Source: Dicyema japonicum (taxonomy: Eukaryota > Animalia > Dicyemida). From it: DNA of 64,000 nt. A program made the position numbers and the translations under genes. Position 1 is the first letter of the stretch. The number at the start of each line of letters is the position of its first letter. The DNA lies in NCBI GenBank assembly GCA_011109175.1, contig RDEW01000081.1, positions 31,430 through 95,429 on the forward strand. The letters are read 5' to 3'. This document shows, piece by piece, positions 36,641 through 48,599 of the stretch. Under the pieces are notes generated by a model. The model worked only from the letters and a program-made list of their open reading frames with translations, did no database searches and had not been told where the DNA came from.

Positions 36641-37059
36641 TCATTAATATTTTGTTTATTCGCTGGATATTTTTTTAATCGTTGAATATTTGGTTAGGAA
36701 TCTAAGTGTTCTTGAAGAGATCTAAAGAAACTTCACAATGTCATTGAAGATACAAAAATCTCTAAGTAGTAGTCAAATGGTTGAGAAAATGATGTATCTC
36801 TAATGCATACGTATGTCTGCCTAGGTTTGTGATAGAAAAAGTTTTTGTCTTCTTTCTTTTCGTAGCATAAACAATGTGACAGACTTAGGGGTATCAATAA
36901 CCAGAATTTATTACCAAATGAAATAGAGGATGAACGAAGATCAAAGCTGCGGCATTATTATTAGGACGAAAGAAGATCAAAGTTTTCCTAAACTTGATAA
37001 ATTATTTTAAATAGCGGGTGCCCAAGTAAAACGTAGTAAGACAATACTAGTGGATTCAG

Positions 37060-37937
37060 NNNNNNNNNNNNNNNNNNNNNNNNNNNNNNNNNNNNNNNNN
37101 NNNNNNNNNNNNNNNNNNNNNNNNNNNNNNNNNNNNNNNNNNNNNNNNNNNNNNNNNNNNNNNNNNNNNNNNNNNNNNNNNNNNNNNNNNNNNNNNNNNN
37201 NNNNNNNNNNNNNNNNNNNNNNNNNNNNNNNNNNNNNNNNNNNNNNNNNNNNNNNNNNNNNNNNNNNNNNNNNNNNNNNNNNNNNNNNNNNNNNNNNNNN
37301 NNNNNNNNNNNNNNNNNNNNNNNNNNNNNNNNNNNNNNNNNNNNNNNNNNNNNNNNNNNNNNNNNNNNNNNNNNNNNNNNNNNNNNNNNNNNNNNNNNNN
37401 NNNNNNNNNNNNNNNNNNNNNNNNNNNNNNNNNNNNNNNNNNNNNNNNNNNNNNNNNNNNNNNNNNNNNNNNNNNNNNNNNNNNNNNNNNNNNNNNNNNN
37501 NNNNNNNNNNNNNNNNNNNNNNNNNNNNNNNNNNNNNNNNNNNNNNNNNNNNNNNNNNNNNNNNNNNNNNNNNNNNNNNNNNNNNNNNNNNNNNNNNNNN
37601 NNNNNNNNNNNNNNNNNNNNNNNNNNNNNNNNNNNNNNNNNNNNNNNNNNNNNNNNNNNNNNNNNNNNNNNNNNNNNNNNNNNNNNNNNNNNNNNNNNNN
37701 NNNNNNNNNNNNNNNNNNNNNNNNNNNNNNNNNNNNNNNNNNNNNNNNNNNNNNNNNNNNNNNNNNNNNNNNNNNNNNNNNNNNNNNNNNNNNNNNNNNN
37801 NNNNNNNNNNNNNNNNNNNNNNNNNNNNNNNNNNNNNNNNNNNNNNNNNNNNNNNNNNNNNNNNNNNNNNNNNNNNNNNNNNNNNNNNNNNNNNNNNNNN
37901 NNNNNNNNNNNNNNNNNNNNNNNNNNNNNNNNNNNNN
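37060..37937. other. Assembly gap (878 N)
   Basis: Run of N. Confidence 1.
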
Positions 37938-40900
37938 TGAGCAATCACAGCACATCTCACAAGGCACACAAACACACTTACAACACTAGATACTAAGCTT
38001 ACAAATCGTATGACTAATTTTATGACAAAACGTACAAACTGAGATAAATAACATAAAATTTACGGACATATATGCAAGCTATATTTTTTCGCGGGACCAG
38101 GTACCATATCGTCTACGGACCGCACCGATCGAGGACTGCTGGTTGAGATCATTACATTAAGCCACCTGGTTCAATTGACAATTAGATACCTTTTCAAAAA
38201 CCTAACTAAAAATACATTTTTCAAATCATTATTTATTTAATTTAAATTTTAAATTAAATTATTAAATTGTGCAAAATATTATATAATTTTACTCAATTTA
38301 TTCGCATAATAATTGAATATCACTAATATATAAACTATCTCAAATACAGAATTCACCATAAGTAGTGCAATATTCAATAATTTCATTCTAAACATAAAAG
38401 TCAAACAAATGTCAAAATGATGTTTTCTTAAACGTCACACTGTAATTTGCAAGAAGACAACAAGAGAAAATACTAAGTCTTTGTTATGGTCAAAAATATT
38501 CAACTTGAATAAATATTCAAAAATATGACATCTCATTGTTGACAGGATAAGTCAATAATATAATTTGGAGTCTTTAGTGTTTTCTGTTCTGCGTTTAGTG
38601 AAAACTTTAGTCAATGGAATTAAAGAATAATTTCCTTTCTGGAGGTTATTAGAACTTGAAGCTTGAACGAGTTAAAGTAGTTCTCTATTTTTGTACAAAT
38701 TCACCGATTATAGAAAATGAATATTTGTTTAATTTCAAAGCCACTCTCTCAAAGTATCAGAGCGAACGTCACTTTTGCATCTCCAATTTACATGATCCCA
38801 CCTTAACAGGTGAAACACGTGGTTCTGCGCTGATTTTTCTTGGATAGAGTAGAACTGGGGTCATCCATGAAATAACATAGTTAAAAATATATTATATCAA
38901 ATTTGAAATTGTGCCTTGCATTAACCATACCTGCGAGTCTCTAGTATTTCAAGCACGTGTTAATATGTCTGAATGATCTCTCCAATATCAAGATATTCCA
39001 TTGAGTTAATATAACGGAACAGCTTTCATTTGACCGTACAATCTTGTGTTAAAAATACAACAGACAAGACGATGTAATATTGTAGATATTGTCTCCAAAT
39101 TTTCATTGTTGTTCTTTGGTTGATCAGTTACAGTATATCGGATATAATCAGTAAATCAAACAAACAAGGACTTAAAAATGACGAACAAGATGATTTTGAA
39201 ATTTTGGATTCGCTTTGATTAAAGTTAGAAAATACAAGCGAATAGCCCTAACTAAAGTCCATTTAAATTAAACTCGAAATTTAATTATAACTTCTTAGCA
39301 GCGAACATTGGATTCAATAATTTTCACTGTTCAGCCAAAATGAAAGTTGATTTTTTCCTGTTTCAATTCACATGAAGTTGTTATTTGAATATTTAATCGG
39401 CTAACATCAATTTAAATTTTTTACAGAATAAGCTATTGAATTCTTTAAAAATTAAAGTCTTAAATATAAAACCCCTCATGTTTTACCTCAAAGCAGACTT
39501 GGTTAATTTGGTATTTCATCTTCCTCAGTTTTTTTAATTTTGCGAAAGCGAGAATCGGACTTCTAAATTTGTGAATCAATCCATTTTCAACTACAGTTTT
39601 CCAATGAGCGATAAGTTATATCTACTTTAAGGAGAATAAGATTTCAATTGATCCCAAGTAAATCCTAGATCCACCGGGTTAAATTATCACAAAACCTTCT
39701 GACTTATTTTCACTATGTTAACTGTCTAATAAAACAAAAATATAAAACTTTTATTGAATATTAATTTTTAATAATAATAAAACTCATAAACAAAACTGCG
39801 CTGGTTGACTAAAATTATGCTGTTTTAAAGAGGCATAATAGATTCAGAAGCGTTACTAGCTTAGGCACATCTAATTGTTGTTTGACAATTGGTTGTTTTC
39901 CAAACTCCGGATATTTTCAAGTTGGACCTAGTACCCACACTAATTGATCCCTATATTCGAATTGGGATCTACACGGGACTTTGTTAACCACATCATCGGT
40001 CCCTGCAGGACGGTTAGGACCACCGTGGAATAACATACTGGGGAAAGGACCTACAAAAGGAGAACTATCTGGAAATGGGCGGACTGGCTTTGTACCTACA
40101 ACGCTCTGGAGATAAATTAGTAATTGGATGGATAGCAAAAATTAGGGGTACCCGGAGGAACAGTCCAGGCCAACCGGCGACTGGTAGTTACCTATTCCAC
40201 AACTTTTTGTTTTAATTCATTTTTCATTTTTTTCATTTGACAATTGGAAAATGGTTAGTGTATTGACTGTCACTGATATTTAGGCTCGGTAGGATAGAAG
40301 AGGGGCATGCCCATTCCGGAAAAGATGCAAGGAAAACTTGCTAATATGATCGACTAATTCTGTCAATATTGCCTAATGACTACTATTTTAAGATAGATAT
40401 GTTAATCTGAAGGTATGCGTTACTGAACAACCGTTGGAAGTGAAAATAGCTAAATTACTCAAAATAACTTAAATAGAAGCAGGTCAAATACATTTACCTA
40501 CTCAAATTAAAATATAGTACAGGATACCCTTTAATTTCAACCTCATCTCCTCATCATCAGTGCTTCTCAGTCATTTAGGACTCTATCTTCTTTTTAACGT
40601 ACTTATTTAAGGCAGTTATGAGAAAGATGCAAAGTGTTATTTATGACAATGAACTAATTTCCATTGTAAATTACAAATATAATTAATTTGGTTTAACATA
40701 GATTACATGTGTGAACTGCTTTAGCATTTGTTGCTGTACCTTTGCTTCCAGAACATATGTACGAAATGAATATTGAAAACGTGACTTAAACCGCATCTGG
40801 TTTAATTACGCGTTAAAACGTGAGATTTTTGCAAAAAATTGAGTATAAAGAACATAGATGATCCAAAGCATTTAAATAAAATGAAATGGTTTGTTTTATC

Positions 40901-41032
40901 GAAACAAATTTATAGATAATAAAAATGTTGATTTTTTTAAATTATTTTTCTTTAATGACTTTACGAAGCCATAAAAATCATCAATTCTTAAACTAATAAA
41001 ATTAAACATACTGTTTTTTCTTTCTTTTAGTT

Positions 41033-41345
41033 ATTTATTTATTAACCCCGGATACACGAGAAAGAAGTTAAAGTAAACAACTAATTAGTGTATCCAGTTT
41101 CCACTTCTACAGAAACAGAGTTTATCGGAATCAACATGTAGGGTAAGACGTTTATTACATGCAGGTGTGGAAACCTCTCCAGGGTAGTGGGGAAGAGCAA
41201 ATGATCCTTTTTCGTGCCGGCCTGGCACTGGGCGTCACCTAAACAGGTGGATCACATGACGCCACTCTAATAGGAAGAGAGGAGAACAGACAAGCAAGCT
41301 GAAAAATTAAACCAATTAACACGCAGCACCACATGGCGCCACGCG
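41033..41345 (-). mobile_element. Short non-autonomous derivative of LINE family B (5' leader joined to a LINE-type 3' end)
   Basis: Shares GTGGCGTCATGTG.TCCACC...AAAAGGA(T/C)CATTTGCT with the LINE 5' ends at 41971 and 52818. No coding capacity. Ends CCGGGGTTAATAAATAAATAA. Confidence 0.65.
41202..41263 (-). ncRNA. Candidate HDV-like self-cleaving ribozyme
   Basis: Nested order P1 GGCGUC/GACGCC, P2 UGAUCC/GGAUCA, P3 ACC/GGU, P4 GUGCC/GGCAC, J4/2 (C)GAAAAA. Covarying homologues at 41974 and 52821. Confidence 0.6.
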
Positions 41346-41699
41346 GCAAATCGAATATGTCTTTTTTTAGTAAATGAATTAACCGATTTTTTGGTTGTAA
41401 AATTTAAATAAATTATTAAAAAAATATTTAAAATTTAAATAAAAATTACTTTATGTTCTTAGTTGTATTTAAATATCTTTAACTCTTTGGAAAGAAGATT
41501 CCAGTGGCCTTTTCTCTATTTGTATGAGACAGTCAGTTTTTATAGGATTTTGTATTTCTCAGAATAATTTAACAGGGACAACTATCTCTCCAAATTTTAC
41601 GCTTCACTTTTATTCTTCCTTCCTTATTCAAACCCGACGCTTTGAGAGTTTTGTTAGTAATCACAGAAGCTGCATCGTCGAATGTAAAACAGTTATTTT

Positions 41700-41830
41700 A
41701 TTATATTATTAAAGCACTTTCACGAAAGCCATAATGATTATAGCCCCCATGTGCAACACTCAAAGAAACAATATTTAAGTTATCTTTTCTATCTTCCTCT
41801 GTCGAATGCGAATGATCTCAGTTCGTCTGA
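41700..41830 (-). mobile_element. RTE 3'-end fragment
   Basis: DELRSFAFDRG (cf. DDLDSMRALARNRG), conserved hairpin at 41728-41744, GTGAAAGTGC and TAA-type tail. Confidence 0.75.
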
Positions 41831-41970
41831 GAGTTATTTTATTTATATACCTAAAAATATATTTTATTTAAATTTTATAGACTTTGTTCGATGAAATTTA
41901 TTATGTCTGCAAAAACGGACATCAAGCTGTTTCTAATGAAACAGCTTTAAAAAATGGCTATTAAATTTAG

Positions 41971-43500
41971 CGTGGCGTTATGTGGTCCACCAATTCAAAA
42001 AATTCAAAAGGATTTGGCAACGCCCAGAGGGCTTCTAATACCCTCGCGAAAAGGACAAGTAGACCCCTTCCCCGGGGTCATTATAGAACCCCGGCGATGT
42101 GTTTCAAGAAAGTCCAAACGTTCGCGGCGAAAACCCTCAGCCCACTGTGGTGAAAAGAAATTTACTGCTCTCCAACTAAACATCAACGGAATTAAAGGCA
42201 AGGTCAGGGAACTCCGTTCAATCCTGGCAAATCAGAAGATCGACATGGCCATGATTCAAGAAACTAAACTCCACATGCATGATTCCACTCTTCATTCCCT
42301 GGATACGAGGCAATCAGGATGGACCGTAAAAAGAGAAGAGGGGGTGGACTACTCACTCTATTCAAAAAGAACCTGAAATACAGAGACATTACTTCGGAAG
42401 TGAGGAAACTTGTTGGAAGTGAATATCTACTTGCCTCCTCCCGGCTCCTGCCCAAAGGACTATGTTATTCCAAATTTATCAAGATTGGTTATCTACGATG
42501 AGATCATCATATGTGGTGATTTAAACGCAAAGCACCCATTATGGTTGTCAACCCAACAGGCCGACACGAGAGAAAGCTATTGTTATTGAAATCGGACACC
42601 CTAACGATTCTGAACGAACCAGCGAAAAATACAAGGACCCCACTCAGAGAGACGGATCAGCTTACCTAACAGGATGAGGTAAGCTGAAAAGGGATAGTTA
42701 TGTGAGAGAGGAGCTGGCTCATTGAATATCTGGAGATCTAACTTTTCTGCGACGAAGTTGGACAAGATATTGAACATTCAAGTGGAGGCAGCAAACCTAC
42801 TAAGGAAATATTCCGAGTGGAAATACTGCCTAGAAATTTAGAAAATATGATAGAGGCGACTGGCACAGTGCCTCTGCAAAGGACTCGGGTATGCGGACTC
42901 CGTCCATCTCGGAAATGCGCAGGAACGCAGTCGGAACACCTAGAAAAGATGCGGAGACTGATAAGGGAGGCTGGGATTACCTGAATCTTTTTATTTTAGA
43001 TATGACGATGGTTTTTTGGTTCAATAAAATAAAAAAATCATTGTTAATTGAATGTCATACGGGCCTTCATCCAGAAGCCCCTAGGGAATATGAATAAAGC
43101 AATCGAAATCATATACGGCCAGACAATTGTGCCGAATTTGCCTCAGCTGCGTGGAGATTTGCGTTCAGAGGCACTATCCAAAAACTAAACTTACTGCAAT
43201 CTGAATATTATTTTTATTATTGAAAGCAAAAAAATCATATGGCCACAATCGTAGAATTCTTAGCTGGAAAATATCGCTTAGAGACAAGGGAATTTAATAT
43301 AAAACAGCTGAAGGATGGAAAACAAATGGAGCTATTAGAAATGATAAAAAGAAAACCTCTACATACTATGTTGTTCAATTCAACAGAAGATCTGAGTGTT
43401 GATATTAAACAATCTAGCCAATAATTAGTTACGAGGAACAACTATCCAAGGACGGAGGAATGCTATGATATGTTTAGGATCTTTGTAAGGAATTTCTTAG
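41971..43500 (+). mobile_element. ORF1-less APE-RT LINE (family B, Ingi/Vingi-like architecture), degenerate
   Basis: Structured 5' leader followed within ~200 nt by APE (LQLNINGIKGK...IQETKL; GGGLLTL; ICGDLNAKHPLW), then RT N-terminal remnants. No gag-like ORF1 in between. Confidence 0.7.
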
Positions 43501-44599
43501 GAACTGAGTCAAACGTTTTGTGATGTAAGTACTAAGTACTGTCTTCTGATGTGGTTTGGGAGAGCTAAATCATTCCGCAATGAATGTGTGAGGGTTGTGT
43601 GGTTACCCCGGAATCTGTAGTATGTCAAAAGTATTGAGATCGAGTCTTGTACTTTTTCCAAAACAAGCTTTTCAAGAACGCCCAAGCCATGTTTCGACCA
43701 GTAGCGAAAGGGAATATCGTTGTCCCTTCGGGGCGTTCTATCCCAAAGGAAGAAACTAGTGATGGCCAGCAGAGAGTCTGCATTTTTTAATGTCTAATTG
43801 TTACCTCATGTCGGGGACAGCCAATAATCAGCTAAAGGATAATAGCCATCAATTCAGCGTCCACAAGTGCATTTTCATTCAACACAAAATTAAGGTCAAA
43901 ACGGAGCAAGACAGCAATCTCACTGCCTCGTCGTCAGAAGGTTGCCAATTTTACCACATTGATAAACATCCAACCAAGCATTTGTTGAATAATTTCTAGT
44001 CATCTTGAAGCAGACCTTCTAGCATTATATTGCCCTCAAAAACTCTTTTTTTAAAAAACATCTTAATGCGATTTCAGATTAATTCGGTCATTTAGATGAA
44101 AAAAATGTCCTCATAAACGTCCACAGATCCAGAAATACGAATAAAGGGTAAGGTCAGTATAAACTAATAGCATCCACATTTGGTTGCGAATAGTATGGAT
44201 ACTAATGGCATCTATAGTCATCAAATGTATATTTAAAATTACTTCAACGGTTGACCATAATTTTACTGTCAAGGAGGAATATGACCTATTTTTACTTTCA
44301 ATTAGAAAAGAACATCGGAGGTTGAACAGCTTTTAGTTCTGATAGATCAATCTGAAGGCAAAATGCACAGAAAAATTATTTTGTTATCAAACGATAACCT
44401 TATTCGACTTTTTTAATATTTCACATAAAATCAATTCGAGAGAGCGACAATATCATATATTTGATTCTAAAGAAGGCAAAAGATTCTCCTATTATGCTCA
44501 GGCTAACTACTTCATAATGCTTTGTGTTAATTTAACGTCTAATCCTCCAAAATTATACCAATTAAATACCATGCAGAGTCTTGTCGAGAAAAAATATTC

Positions 44600-44860
44600 A
44601 TTTGCCCTGCAGTACTCTTGTCTGAAAAAGAATTAGATATCATTGATGCCTCAAAACCAAAATCCAGGTCATCCGCATATATTAATTCCTAGATAGAAGT
44701 AGGACAATTTTTAGCTCTCAGAAAACGAAGAGCAGCTACCAGATAGACAACAAAAGATATGGTTATTGTGAGTTACATCCTGAAGTGTCAATGTGCGTAG
44801 CCTCTTTCAGATTCACTTGAAATTAGATTTTCGCGCTATTTGACCTGTAATTAAACATCA
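44600..44860 (-). mobile_element. RTE-like RT remnant
   Basis: FVVYLVAALRFLR...ELIYADDLDF matches LFTIYLEAAMRELR...EVIYADDVDL of the RTE at ~24400. Confidence 0.6.
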
Positions 44861-46805
44861 CTCAAAAGGAATTAAACTTTTTGACACAATTTTTAACAAT
44901 TTGATAAAGTTATTAAACATTGCAAAGTAATTAGACATTTTTGACAAATTTATTAAATTTTATGGTAAATTATTAAACAAATTGGAAAACCATGTTAATT
45001 GTGTAAATTTAATTAAATTATTTTTTAATTTTATTTATTAATCCAACACTTTATTTAATAAAATTATTATTAATTATGACGACTGTATTTCATGTAGTAA
45101 TTTTTATTTCTTGTGGTTATCGTATATTCATTATTTTGGTATTTAATCTTATAGATGTTTCACTTTTCTCGTGTTAAACTTGTCATTCGATATTATGACA
45201 TCACATAATATGCAAAACGAATTAAAGTAGTAAAACTCTGTATCATATATAAATTATTAAGATATTGGATTAATTGTACACATTCGATAACTGGCCTACC
45301 TGATTTTGAAATTGGCTGCATTAATAATTCAAAATATTAAATTTGAACCTGATGTCACTTTTCATTATGGGAATGAAGTTAGGTAATTGTAATTATTAAT
45401 TATTTCATAGTATGTTGGAGAGAAAAGTTTAAAATCTGTAGACAACCGAACATTCCACCTACCATTATTCATGTTATATATTTTTAAATTTATAGAATTT
45501 TTTACTGTGATTCCCTCAGATTATATCGATCGAATTTGCGGAAAATTTATCATTACTTCGAACTGTACATTTTTTGTAATTAACGTAGATCTTTCCTAAG
45601 AATAAATGTTATTCAAATTTTTAAAGTTATTTCCAACAGTGTTTATTTAGATGAGTATTTTTAATAATAATAATATAGTCTTATCGTTTGCATTGATTCA
45701 TTCGATATCCAGAGGCGTATGATATTATATTTAGTATAGATATATTCAGTACTCCTCAGAAATAATAAATTGTAAAGATCGAAAAGTAATATATTTAGAA
45801 GAAACATCAGGTCGACATGTGAATCACGTAATAAATAATGTTATTTCAGACTGCAGTGCCATTAAGGACAAGTATAATGTACTTGGAACTTGCGGAGTTC
45901 AATACTAACAATTTACTAACTTGATGGTTTTTATCAGGTATAAAAAATTGGTGTTAATTAATTCAAATTTATTATAATTGAATTAATATCCTGGTTGGAC
46001 AACTGAATCGCACAGCTATACTCTTGTCTCTGAAAGAATAATTTAATTTCAAATAACAATGAGAGAAGGAATCGATTTGATAGATGTTAAAGAACGAACG
46101 GTTTTTCTCAGATTTATGCAGACCGACGTAAGCAATATCCTAATTAATCATATAAGGACTTAAACTACTAGCTTTACTCACACACGATTACTCTCATAAT
46201 AAAGAGGAATATGTTCAAACAGTTGAGAACGATGATAGGAGTATTGACCATAAGGAAACATTTTTCATTTTACTGGAATACAGTGAATCCTCTCCACAAA
46301 CTTACAGGTACACAGCGACAGCTTGAATCACACAAGTTCAATTTGAGAATAAATTCGTACAACATCTACGCCACGAGCTCCAGCCCCCAATTGAAGGTCC
46401 GTCTTACACGAACCTGGATCTTCCAAATCGTAACTAAAGTGTAGTTCGGAATGTATTTCAACGGGGAAGTCCTCAGAGAGATGATCTTTGAGAAGTTCTT
46501 TGAATAATTAACCACAGGTTGTTCCGTTCACTCAAATCATTTAATACTCACTAAGTCTCTCACTGGTCCACGCAAAAGAAAATCGGTTGGCTAAGAAAAT
46601 TCCGTCCCCGATCGGCTTCCTCAGCAAAGATCAAAAAAGGCATTTTCGTTCGACAGTGAGAACAATAGAGACACAGAGGATTCGGATGGCACGTTTGGTT
46701 TCGGGAACTGGGATCACGTAACTAGTGATTACTTTTGTTTTTCCTTATCGTTGATCCCGGGGTTAATAAATGTTGTATAGTATTAGAACCCGGAGCCATC
46801 TTCGT

Positions 46806-46838
46806 GTCCGGGCTGATAAGTCAAACTTATCAGTCCAA
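46806..46838. repeat. Mariner-like terminal inverted repeat, collapsed into a hairpin
   Basis: GTCCGGGCTGATAAGT-CAA-ACTTATCAGTC. The core GGCTGATAAGTC is shared with the Himar1 TIR. Confidence 0.5.
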
Positions 46839-47099
46839 AACATATGGTTACAGGAGTCATTAATGAAACTAAGGGAAACACAATGTATTTCCATTATAGC
46901 CAAAAGAATAGAACAATTGCAACATTAAAAAAGAATTAAAAACGTAACAAAGGCAAAAGTTGAAAAATTGTCGCTTAACAGATAACATAATTTATTCGCA
47001 AAACCCCAACTAACTAAATAAGGTAAGAGCCATTAACTAAAGAGGAAAGCCAAGATTTGGGGTCGTCTATATCGGGGCACTTTCATGAGACACCGTATG

Positions 47100-48240
47100 T
47101 CTCTTCTTCGTAAAAAGCCCCAATTACAAAGCGAGTTTCCACAAGCAATGTAATAAATCACCGATTCTTCTCGTTTTTCTTTCGTGTTCGTCATCAAATT
47201 CAGATGCTAAATCCAATCCATGTGCGAGTTTAATTGCATAATTTAGACTAAAGTTAAAAACTTTAACTTTCCAGACTTCATCCATTTTACAAGGCATTTT
47301 CCGTCTTGATTGGTTGTTACACAACCATAGTCAGTATGTTTAGTGATCATGTCACCAACAAGGATTAAATATTCATTGTTTTCCATAAATTTGTCAACAA
47401 TCCATGGATACTCTCGTAGTTTTTTAGAATAGATTCCTCCGATAATTATCCATCCATGGTTGTTTGTAGTTGAATGCTTGCTAGTTCACAAAGATTTTCT
47501 TCATTGATCGTGGGTAGTCTTGTATTTAAAGAAGTTTTGTAGTAAATTGAAGTTCCTGTTCCAGCACAAGAACTAGTTTTACAAAAAAATCTAATGAGTC
47601 GTATCCATCAATTTTAAATGGTCTTTTCTTCAATTTAGATTCGTTTATAATTATAACTTCCATCTGGATCGTGCTGGCTATAGCAACCAGCACTGAGGCC
47701 CGTTTCCGAAGAGAACGGGCATTAGTCAGGGTTATCCTGACTACTTCTGGTTTTTTCGGGGGCTGCCCTCTCTTCTTAAGAGCGCCACTCTCTTCTCTGT
47801 TGAAGCTTCTACTGTTTTTTTAGAAGGTTTCTTATTATATGTTCTATTCTAGCCAGTTTTAATTTTTTATTCGTTCCAATTTTGGAAACTTCACTTTCTC
47901 CATTATGGCCAATTTCTCGTTTTAGAGATATTTTTCCATTCGATTCTTTCCTTTCTTGATCAATTTTTTTTTTTTCTTCGTATGTTAGCTTCAACAGCCT
48001 TGGAACATCTTCCATAATTGGCAAAGTGGCTGGATGAACCGCAATTCAAACGACTTATTATTGTTTGTAACCGGACACTGCGATCTTCTATGTGGACCAG
48101 AACAAACAAGGCATCTTTCAACATATCTCCATTAGGCCTGCAGATGTTTATCAACCTCGTACTATATTCCTTCGTCTTGTAGCACCAGTGGCACCACTTA
48201 CTCACCAGTGGAAAAATTGTCCCTTGCATAACACAGAAAC
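47100..48240 (-). mobile_element. Diverged relative of LINE family A (ORF1 zinc knuckles plus APE), decayed
   Basis: RCLVCSGPHRRSQC, CGSSSHFANYGRC; ITLTNARSLRKRA...INESKL; IIGGIYSKKL...LVGDM. Confidence 0.7.
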
Positions 48241-48599
48241 CCTAAAAAATTCATATTTGAATTATGTATAATAAAATTTGGATTGCTTTTAACTAAAGAT
48301 TTATTTATAGTAATAATATATTAATATCAAAAATAAAAAGAGAATTTATGGATCAAAATTACAAGTCAATTTAATTAGAGTTCGAACACTAATTCTCTAA
48401 TACATCATAATAATCATTCTAATTCACCCTAAACCCGTTCAAGAAATTGACTTTAACCAAATCCATAATAGAAAATAAGGGAATGTAAAAAACATATTAT
48501 TGTTGATTTTTTTAATTCGGGTCTTTGATATTTTCTGTTTGTTTCATGTAGAATCTTGGACTATAACAGAGTGCAATTTCTTTTCAATCACTTGGTATT

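Larger units (their letters stand above)
26590..37059 (+). repeat. Segmental duplication, copy 2
   Basis: Direct copy of 1643-11838. Lacks 2325-4472, retains 27661-28796 and carries a CRE insertion. Ends at the N gap. Confidence 0.95.

Noticed and set aside
36988-37975. Four long ORFs of 296-322 aa
   Set aside because: Artefacts of the N gap.
38400-39720. Non-standard genetic code as the cause of frequent in-frame TAA/TGA in coding-like stretches
   Set aside because: PRC1 and alpha-actinin read correctly with the standard code and end in TAG/TAA; decay explains the stops.
41971-41991. LINE 5' motif GTGGCGTYATGTGG as a Pol III A-box
   Set aside because: No B-box downstream; the same bases are better explained as paired P1/P2 strands with compensatory changes.
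43640-43740. Gypsy RT-like motif LFKNAQAMF
   Set aside because: A single short motif without surrounding homology.
43890-43980. tRNA-like sequence on the minus strand
   Set aside because: No B-box and no convincing cloverleaf.
47805-47830. A_AAA_AAA slippery-like site at the ORF1 end of the diverged LINE
   Set aside because: ORF2 is in the +1 frame in this decayed copy and the -1 frame hits a stop, so it is not usable as support.
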